A stretch of 64,000 nucleotides of DNA from Lytechinus pictus. Its lineage: Eukaryota. Within the stretch, counting starts at the first letter, position 1. Every line of letters starts with the position of its first letter. Under the pieces are notes generated by a model. The model made no database searches. It was not told the DNA's origin and saw only the letters and a program-made list of their open reading frames with translations. Below, in pieces: positions 51,501 to 62,500 of this stretch. Where the stretch lies: the NCBI RefSeq assembly GCF_037042905.1, contig NC_087263.1, positions 14,510,001 through 14,574,000 of the forward strand, in the 5' to 3' direction. The translations under genes were made by a program, and so were the position numbers.

Positions 51501-52410
51501 TAGTGTATATCGTTCACCACAAGAAAGGATCATCAGTCGTTTGCAACTAACGAACAGCTTCATGCAGCACCAGCCAGGTGGGTGTTTCATAAACGGATTG
51601 CAAAGTAACACCTGACACTACGCATGACTGGAACAAATGTTTTTTGCAGACTGCTTGTAAGTTTCACCAAAACAGTGTGCAAATCTCCTACTTGAGTAAA
51701 CCCTTTTTTCTCTCTTCATTCTTTGAAACTCTCACTGAATTTCTTCAACTGTTTCTCGATTTTGACATGGTAAAGCTTCTGATGTGCTTTTTCAAGCACA
51801 ATGAAAATCTTAAAATTTATTTCGGGCGACGTTATGTTGGTTTGAGGGTGGCAGGTGGCATATTAAAAGCTGTTGTTTTTACCTGGAAGTAGGTATAGTC
51901 AGAATTCTGCAAAGACCATTCCATTCTAAGCTCTGAAGTTGTAACATACGATATGACCAATAGCTGGGGTTGTACAGGATCTGAAAATAATACACGTAGC
52001 AAAGTTATTAACATCATCATAATCATTATCAGTCTTAAAAATGAAATTAAAATCTACCAAATGGCCATTGCACACCTAATTATAATAAGTGGTCTACAAT
52101 CCAAATTTCAAATAAAATGATCAAACACTTGATATGATTAAAACATGAAACAAATTACTCTCTTTAAATGCTTAATTGATAATCAATGGCTATTTTACTT
52201 CTCTTTTTAAGTATAAACATTATGGAAGCAAATTTAATGCAGAGCCATAATGACACCATAACAATTGTAATCACATCAGAGCAAATCTACAATTAGCTGC
52301 GATTATTCGGCCACTTTGGACCTTACAGTTAAGCAAAGGTTTCTGACATCAGTATTTAAATGGTTATTTTAAACATCAAATTAATACATAATACATAATA
52401 TTTTTGTGCA

Positions 52411-52465
<55 letters not shown>

Positions 52466-53175
52466 ACAAAAATATGGAACATGCTGTTCCCGAATTGGGT
52501 GCTATTCCAAATGTAAGGTATGTGGAGGCATTCTGACAATTGGCAAGGCGAAATCAATATTACCGACAAGAACATTGAAGTATGCATTATTAAGGCTTCC
52601 AAGTTGAATCTGGCTTATGATACCCAGAGTTATGAGGTCCCAAGAGATTCATACAGTATTAGGCAAGTTCAATTGATAGTATAAAAATATGTAAAGCCGA
52701 AAGTGGGTGCAGAATAAAAATGCTACCAAAATTATCATGAATGCAAATGTCCTCCAGAGGGGAGCAACTCCAAAGGAAGAATCATTAGATAAAGAACTGT
52801 AAGAAAATAACGAACTCGCCTAATAAGAAAAATGCTGATGTGACAGGTTCACTGGCTATTAGCTGGTTGTCTGCATCGATGATAACTGATCGCATGGAGG
52901 CTTGGTATTCCCTTCCAGAAACAAGGCCATCGTGGACTTCCCATTCCTCTCTTGAGCTGTTAATACCTATAATTGATAAATATAGAATATAACAAACATT
53001 ATGGTGCACACATCTGAAAAAAATATTAGGTTTATTACTATCATCATGAGTATCTTTGAGTATATTATTCTTCCTCCTCCTCTTAGCATTTTTATTCCTT
53101 CCCTTCTTCTCCCTCTTTGTCTTTTCCTTCTTCCTCTTCATCTTCTTTTTTACTTCTTCTAATTTATCCTTTCCT

Positions 53176-53216
<41 letters not shown>

Positions 53217-53310
53217 CCACCATCATCATCATCATCACCACCATCATCACCACCATCATCATCATCATCATCATCACCATCATCATCACCATCATCACCA
53301 TCTTCATCAC

Positions 53311-53345
<35 letters not shown>

Positions 53346-53403
53346 CCACCATCATCATCACCATCATCATCATCATCATCACCATCATCACCATCTTCAT
53401 CAC

Positions 53404-53442
<39 letters not shown>

Positions 53443-53484
53443 CATCATCATCACCATCATCATCTTCATCATCATCATCATCAG

Positions 53485-53515
<31 letters not shown>

Positions 53516-56500
53516 TTCATCATCATCATCATCATCTTCCTCTTCTCCTTCTTCTTCTACTTCTTCTTCTTCTTCTCCTTTTTCTACTTCTTTATGTCTT
53601 CTGCTTCTGCTTCCTCTTCCTTCTCCTGTTCTTCATCTTCTTTGTGTTTTGCTCCTTTTCTTCTTCTTTTTCTTATTCTTCTTCTTTCCCCCTTCTTTTT
53701 TCTTCTTCCTCTTCTTTTCTTCGTATTTCATTTTTTATCATTAATGCAATCATTTTCACATTTATTATCACTACTGCCATTCTTAATATCATTATTATAA
53801 CCTTGTTTACCAGCATACCTATAATCATTATCATTATTATTGTCTCCATTACCATTATAATCAGTGTCCTCAACATCAACATAATAAGCACATCATTAAC
53901 TTCTGATATGACATTAAGTCTCCTTAAAAGATCTGAATATGTTTGATGGGGAAATTAAGCCCCAGAAGTGCAGATGTGGCGCAGGGGCAGTGACCCGGAA
54001 GGGGTTCAAGGCGGGGGCACGTATGATTTGTGGCATTCTGGGAAAAATAAAAGTCTATTTACTGCAACATCTTATGATAAGATACATGTATCATCCATCC
54101 AGAGTACTGTACCTTCCTCTTAATCAAAAGAAAGTCAGGCATTTTTTAAAAAGAAAAATAGCAGAAATGTGGCATTTCTGAATTATTACACCTTTGAATT
54201 TTTTTGTACAAAAAGTCTGCACCACACAAATGCTGCGATTAACACCGTCATCACTTCAAATTTTGTCACTTTAAGCAATACTCACGTAACGGGAACATAG
54301 GCTCGTCCGGATTCAAGTCCAGTAAGTAGTAAGCGATTGGGTAGTTCACTTCTGGTGGTAGGCTCCAGGAAATAGTGAATGCCTCAACCTCAACACTAGT
54401 CACAATGAGATTCTGAGGACTCAGAGGTTCTGTGCAAAACATTTTATAAAAGTTATCAATATTTATGACTACATACAGTGTCAAGACCTCAACACTAACA
54501 CTAGTCTCAATGGGTTTCTGAGGACTCAGTGGTTCTTTTCCAAAAAAAATAATGAATATAAATATTCATGATTCTGTCCACAAACTTTTAAAGGGATGGT
54601 CCGGGCTGAAACTATAAATAGCTTAATAAATAGAGTAGAATTCACTGAGCAAAATGTCAAAAATTTCATCAAAATCGGATAACAAATAACAAAGTTATTG
54701 AATTTTAAAGTTTAGCAATATTTTGTGAAAACAGTCATCATGGATATTCATTAGGTGGGCTGATGATGTCACATCTCCACTTGTTCTTTTGTATTTTATT
54801 ATATGAAATTAGATTTATTCAATTTTTTTCCTCCAAGAACTAGAAGAATTGGATTGACAACTGATTTAGTGCATTAGATATTTATTGCTGCAACTTATTT
54901 CATTATAAGGGAGACATATTATTCACACAAGTATGAAATAATGAAAAAATTAAGATTTTATGTCATAACATCAGAAAACGGAAAGTGGAGATGTGACATC
55001 ATCAGCCCACCTAATGAATATTCATGGCGACTGTTTTCACAAAATATTGATAAACTTTAAACTTCAATAACTTTATTATTTGTTATCTGATTTTGATGAA
55101 ATTTTCGGCATTTTGCTCAGTGAATTCTACTCTATGTATTAAGATATAAATATTTTCAGCCTGGACCATCCCTTTAACTATTATAAACATTCATGTCTCA
55201 GTGTATTCCACAAAAGTGTGAACACCACAAAACGGGCATCAATCACACATTCAATTAAAATCTTATGACTCTGTGGTTATATGCAAAACAGGATTGCATG
55301 AATCTTATCCATATTCATGAATATAAATATTCATGACTCTCATAAATATTACTGACTATGTAGATTAGACAAGACTAGGCTAGAAGTTCAGAGTCAAGTC
55401 CACAAGATGAAATTTTTCCCCACTGACACATATTCACGTAAATCATACGTGGTGCCACTCCCATATAAAAGCTACTCCCGTATAAAAGCTATGTAACTTA
55501 AGATCTATCATCATTACATATTTTAAATTGGCAACACCATAGAATCACCTACATTTAGTGTTTGAAGATGCAAATTAAATGAAATCAGAGTTTTAAATGT
55601 TGCTATCATTTATCAAATTCAAATTTGAGTTACATGCACATTTTTTAAAATCAAAGTATGAAATTGAATGGAAAGTTCACAATTATTGCCAAATTGAAGA
55701 TAAAAAAAATGATAAAACCTCAGCCTCATGAAAGTTGTATACCTTTAGGATTTTAAAGAATCAAGGAGAAGAGAACAAAACTTACGTGTGTATGCAACCA
55801 CGGTCTGTGCCTCCCCGGCTTGTTCAGTTTCTGGTGAACCCGTTCCACTCACAGGTTCGACCATGAAGATATATTCTTTACCGGGGGCCAAGCTTCGAGC
55901 TACCACTTGAGATCCTGACACCTGATTGAACGGAAGAGCTTGCGTGGCGTCTGCGTCTTCGAAAAGCGCTCCTTCCTCAGGTTCGTACGTGATTCGGTAC
56001 TCGATGTCAACAGAGTTGACATCGCTCCAGTCAAGGGAGAGGGAATATGGTCCACGCTCGACAACGACGGCATCTGTCACTGGTAATGGAGCTGGAGTAA
56101 ATACAATGATAATATATGGATCATCATCAAAATGATGAAAATAATCCACCCATACACATGTTTATCATTATTTTTTGGGGAGCAAAAATCTCTAGGAATT
56201 GGACCTGACTAAAGAAACCATCTTTTGCATGGCATTGATAGGCGATATGACTGTTTTCATGATCAATCTTATGTGTTCTGAATGCCTACATTTATTTGTA
56301 ATATCCCTTCAATGGAATATTCATTAGTATTCTAAATAAATCAATAGTCAATTGATGCTCAGGTGATGAAATATTACTTCACTGCCAGAGTGCTGTCTAT
56401 TTCATTAAGCATGCAGTTCTGCCCAGGAAACAAAGTGAAAAGAAGTTCTAAGCTCTCGTCAAGTCTTAGACACACTGAACAGCCAATAGTCCCTCCCGGG

Positions 56501-59500
56501 CAACCCCCTTTAAAGGCACAAACACATACATGAGGAAGTTCCGCCAAGCGAAGTGGCTTAATAAATTTGGTCTCAAACAGGGACATGGACCAACTAGGAC
56601 TACAGATTTCCAAGATTAATCATTCAAACTCAAGGGATGTAAAACAAATATACCAGGCACTTCTTAAAGTATTAGTGGGAATCATTCCTCTTGGTTGGAG
56701 TGGCAACACAACAATTTTCATCTGTCACGCAAAACCTTACGGAAACAAAAGTGAATACCAGTCTTAACCTTGGATGAATAATTCTCTGCTATGGTATACA
56801 TTGTATTTGTACATTATACATAATGAATAGTCGGTCTAAGAGTTGGCGTGACAACAGAGACTAATATTAGTCTTTCTGGAGTAGCCTTGATAGAAATAAG
56901 TAACTATTTCATGATCGATCTTACGTGTTCTGAATGATATTGTCCCAAAGCCGTCATCGGTAGGTTCGCCGTTCTTCCCTGTCTGCACATTGACGTTGTA
57001 CAGTTCTCCGGGCACGAGGCCGTAGATAAGCAGAGTCCCCTGGGATGCCCCACCCAATGAGCTCACAGAGATGATTCGCAGATCCTGCTGCGCGTTGGGG
57101 TGGGTTGGATCGTAAGGGGTGTATCGAACGTAGAACTGGTTGAAGTCCCCGGTCGGTATATTCCAAACAACGGTGAATTGCGTGCTGGTGAAGTCATCGC
57201 CGATGTCCATGCCGATAGTAGTTCCTTTAGGGCAGATGACAAACAGAAGAAAGAAAACACTGTTATTAAAGAGAGAGTAAAATGACCAACTCTTTGACTA
57301 GTTTTACATATATACATATTTAGATAACAATCAATAATATAGATAATTAATTAGCCTATAACTTTATTCATAATAATAATAATATATGCAATTTGTTAGG
57401 CGCCATATCCATCTCGTAAGAGATGCTTAAGGCGCACAAGTGAAGGGGGGGCCAACAAAATTACAAGTAACAGAAAATAATTGATAAAATGAGTTAAAGA
57501 GGTAAGTTTTTAGCTTAATCTTCAATGTTTCGACACTCTTGCTATCTCGGATCTCTTGTGGGAGGGAATTCCATAGTAAGGGCCCTGCATGGATGAATGC
57601 GCTTTCCCCCCACTTTGTTTTACATTTGATACAGAGAAGAAAAAATCAGAGGACAGTAATTTTTTTGCTACTTGTTAACATGATCAGTGTGGTATGAATA
57701 TATTGAGTGGTGAATTATTGTTACCATTCAAGTGGGCCTATATTACAAGAGTACACAGCTGAAAATGTTGCATTATGCTGGCCAGATGTGAATAGTTGAG
57801 GACTTGAGGTGGCGCTATTGAGGCTGCTGTAGTTCATTGCTGCTTTAACACATTCAGGGGCATAACATAAAGCTTAGCAAAAAATTGCTTGCACTGATTG
57901 TGTTTGAACAATCATAAACTTCAGTTCCTTGACCAATCCATTGCAGTGGATTCAATTCATCATCAGACAAATTATTTCATACTTTCTTCCATGACAAATA
58001 TATTTTTGTCATCATGGACCATAAAAAAAACGAAATTTGTGGAATGCAAAATTACACAACATATGGGGAAGCTACTTGCATATGACTTCACAAATCTACA
58101 ACTTTAAAAGTCATGAATCCCTTCTTCGTTATAATGATTTATCTTCAAACTTACCAATATTTATGTTCATTTCTTTACTGCTTTCTATCAAAACCAACTG
58201 TTGTCAGGGAGAACTTTCCCCTTTAGTATTGTAGCGATATGAATACAGGTGCAAGCATAACTCTTAAGGCGACCGCACACTTTACGATCGGTCTGCGACC
58301 CGATTTTGGAATTGATTTTGTAGTAGAATTTGATGTTAATATTGAGACATGGAATATCTTACTGTGTAATGTTCGAAATCATCGTACGAATACTTATGTT
58401 CAAATCTGCGACTATGCTATCATTCTTCTTAGAATAAAAGCAAATTTAATATCTAGTCGTAATGACGTCAAAGCAGTCGTACGATTGGCTACGATTTGAA
58501 ACTAAATTGGCCTTTACTCCAAAATAAAGGCTTTCAACCTTTCAAAATGGTTATATTATTATTTTTTCAATCAATTTCAACCTCTAATAAAATGATATGT
58601 TCCATTCATATTCTCAGAAAATGAGCAAAATGCGATTTGTTCCAAAATCGGATTGCGAACAGTCGTAAGGTGTGCGGTGGCCTTTAGACGTAGGGCGTGA
58701 ATAAAAAAAAGTTATGTACAATACAGGTCAGCCTGTTTTGTATTCCTGCACCAGGCCAGGTGTTAAAATGAATAGAAAAAACTCTTTGGTTGGCTTTTAG
58801 GGTGTGTCCTGGAAAGGACCCTTCATATTGAAGACTGTAGGCATACATGTGCCATGCAACCTTGTCGTTGGATCTTCAATCTTGAAGGCGAACCTTGTTT
58901 GTGAAGTCTTAAGGCAGTATTGGAGTAAAAACTGAACCAAGATATTAAAGGAGATAATAATAAAGTGATAGTGATATACAACTGATTCACTTTCTCTATC
59001 CCTGCGTCTTTATTTCGTGCACCCGATTATAGTAGTATACTCACCACTCTCCCTGCTGACCGGCTCGCTAACCAGATCATCCACAATGGCGACCACGGTG
59101 AACGTGTAAGGGGTCGACGGAAGCAGATCGGTCACCGTGAGGCTCTGGGCAATGTTTCCATCATCCGGTATGGTATGGGGAGACGTGGGGTTACCATTTG
59201 ACGGGGAGTACATGACTCTATAGCTGTCGACTCCACCTGTAAGAGGGCTCTCCCATGTTATGGTGATAGAATCGGTTGTAACCACAGCAATGACCAGATT
59301 CCTTATGGCGCTCGGCTCTAAAAATGAGAAGAAATTGTAATTTATTAACTCCAAAATTTGTTAAAGCTACAATGTAGTATGACGTCTTTAAGATTATTCG
59401 TTTATTCAAGTTTTATGTCATTGCCTGGGAAAATCTAAAGAGTTTATCATAATTGCACAATATGCTGTGTAAAAGAGGCAATTGGAAATCTAAATATTTC

Positions 59501-62500
59501 TGGAACAAATTCACAATACAATTTACATTATAGAAAATCAGGGCCTGTATTCAATTCCATAGTTAAGCCAGAATTTTCTTTAATCAGTATTCTGCTTAAG
59601 TAAAATTCTTAACCTTCTTATTATTCAATAGCCATTTGTATTTTGCTTAAATCTAAGTCAGCCCCCTGCCTGGCTTAAATCTGATCAGCATGCAGTTCAC
59701 AACTGTACATACATGTACATGGCTATTACCACAGCTACGTGTATGCTTCCAGGTGGAAGGACTGTTCCAAATGTACATGTACATAGTGTGTATAATTCTT
59801 ACTAATGCCCACAACGATGTGTATTATTTTTATACTATCGACCAAATCTTACTTGTAAATTGTTCTCTCTCCCTCCTCTGACTCCCCTGGGATTCTAATG
59901 TGTACGAAGTGCCAGGTGTCCAATTGGGTGTATAATTCTAACTTACATGTTGTAAGCCCACAGTGATGTGTAATATTTCTATACTATTGACCAAATCTTA
60001 CTTGTAAATTGTTCTCTCTGACTCCCCTAGGATTCTAATGTGTACCGAAGTGCCTCTTGTCAGATTGGGTGTATACATGTAATTCTTACTAATGCCCCAA
60101 CGATGTGCATTATTTTTATACTATTGACCAAATCTTACTTGTAAATTGTTCTCTCTCCCTCCTCTGACTCCCCTGGGATTCTAATGTGTATGAAGTGTCT
60201 GTTGTCAGATTGGGTGTATAATTCTTACTAATGCCCACAATGATGTGTAATATTTTGTACTATTGACCAAACCTTACTTGTAAATTGTTCTCTCTCCCTC
60301 CTTGACTCCCCTGGGATTCTAATGTGTACGAAGTGTCTGTTGTCAGATTGGGTGTATAATTCATACTAATGCCCACACTGATGTGTAATATTTTGTACTA
60401 TTGACCAAACCTTACTTGTAAATTGTTCTCTCTCCCTCCTCTGACTCCCCTGGGATTCTAATGTGTACGAAGTGCCAGGAGTCCTATTGGGTGTAAAATT
60501 GTTACTAATGCCCACAACTATGTGCATTATTTTTATACTATTGACCAAATCTTACTTGTGAATTGTTCTCTCTCCCTCCTCTGACTCCCCTAGGATTCCA
60601 ATGTGTATGAAGTGTCTGTTGTCAGATTGGGTGTATAATTCTTACTAATGCCCACAACTATGTGCATTATTTTTATACTATTGACCAAATCTTACTTGTA
60701 AATTGTTCTCTCTCCCTCCTCTGACTCCCCTGGGATTCTAATGTGTACGAAGTGTCTGTTGTCATATTGGGTGTATAATTCGTACTAATGCCCACACTGA
60801 TGTGTAATATTTTGTACTATTGACCAAACCTTACTTGTAAATTGTTCTCTCTCCCTCCTCTGACTCCCCTGAGGTTCTACAAAGAATGTGTACGAAGTGC
60901 CTGGTGTCAGACCGGTGAAGGTGAATTCCGCTTGCGCCTGGGATGCAACTGTGACAGTCTGTGGAGCCTGGGATCCGCCTCCAACAGTGTACCTGCAAAG
61001 ATGATGACATCATTATGACATCATGATGAAATCTTTATGACATCACATAATGGGCTGTTTCACAATGAATTAAGTATAGCTACAATACATGCAATATGGT
61101 GAGAGAAAGTTCAGCAGCATTTTTCATATTTCATGCTAATGAACATGGAATACATTTCATGTCTCAAATACTACAGATGCCAAGACTAAATCATAACATA
61201 ATGAATCTATCAGCGTCCCGTAATAAAAAGGTTAGCAATTAATCGTACCCTTGATTTTCATGATTGATTGTACCTTGAAGTCAATGCAATCGATGTAGAA
61301 AAATGTTCTACGATCTTTGCTAAGCTTTGTGTTACGGAGCCTAGGACATCATAACAAGTTATTTATGTCATGAGCATGTGTTGGGATTTAACGAGCTTGT
61401 CCGAGTAACCTACATAACTTTTGGAAAAGATCATTTTGCGCAATTTTTTTCCAATAATCTGATTGAATAGCACGTTGTTGCCTTACGACAACAAAACTGT
61501 TGTGTAGTTGGAAGACATTTTATTGATGTCTCATATCCCAATTGCTTCTAACACTAATGGGGTGTTGCATGAATCTTGGAATTGATTGCAAGTCAATTGC
61601 AGGTCCAAAAATCAATTGATAGTCATATGCTTTTCATTACAAATTTACGATTGATTGAAGGTCTGCTTCTTATAAAAACAAATACAAATTGATTTGCTTT
61701 AGTTAAAATCGATCTATTTCTTGAAAATTTGCAACTGAAATTTGCAAAATATTTTCTTTCAGAATGCCCTTATACTAGCACTGATACCGAACTTGAAATA
61801 AACCACTGTACTTACCTTGTTATTGTATCGACTGTAACCCAAGTAATTTTGATCGATTCGGTCTCGACGTCTTCGGGAGCAATATTGATGTCTCCGGGAT
61901 CGCCAATCACTGCACAAAGGATAATAAATCATACAGCATTTGTAATGATGTTATGTAGTACGTTGTTAACTTCCTGTTAAAGAGAAATGCCAGTAGTTGC
62001 AGTAAACACTGATTTCATGAGAAAGTCTGTAAAACCAGGCTTAATTGTCAGTATATCATCGAGGATCTAGATCTGGTACAGTTACATAAACTGACCTTTG
62101 TGAAATCTTGAAATCTACGCTGAAAAATGTTCACACTGAAGATCACCAACACAGATGGGCACACGTGGGACAGTGTATTATTATTGCTGAAATAAAGACT
62201 CGACGGAAGTGACCGAATCCGCGCTTATTTTGCTTATTTCTCAGCAATTACACAATTTCTTCCAGAATCCTTTGGCACATATTTTTTATTCATACAAACA
62301 GACACTTGGGTGGTCATCATATCAGATTCTGTAAAAAGTCATTTTGAAATCGTTACCAAAACTGGAATTTATCTTTAAAATCATTTAGGCCATCCACCTT
62401 CACTTGTTTACAAACTCCCCCAATGTCATCTTAGAATCCCAAAACCCCCATTACATGTACCATTGAACTCGTAAACCCTGACCATAAAGGATCGACCCTC

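Noticed and set aside
56360..56770. Possible transposase/RT remnant or extra exon
   Set aside because: No recognisable motif, and flanking RPTP exons already join in phase.
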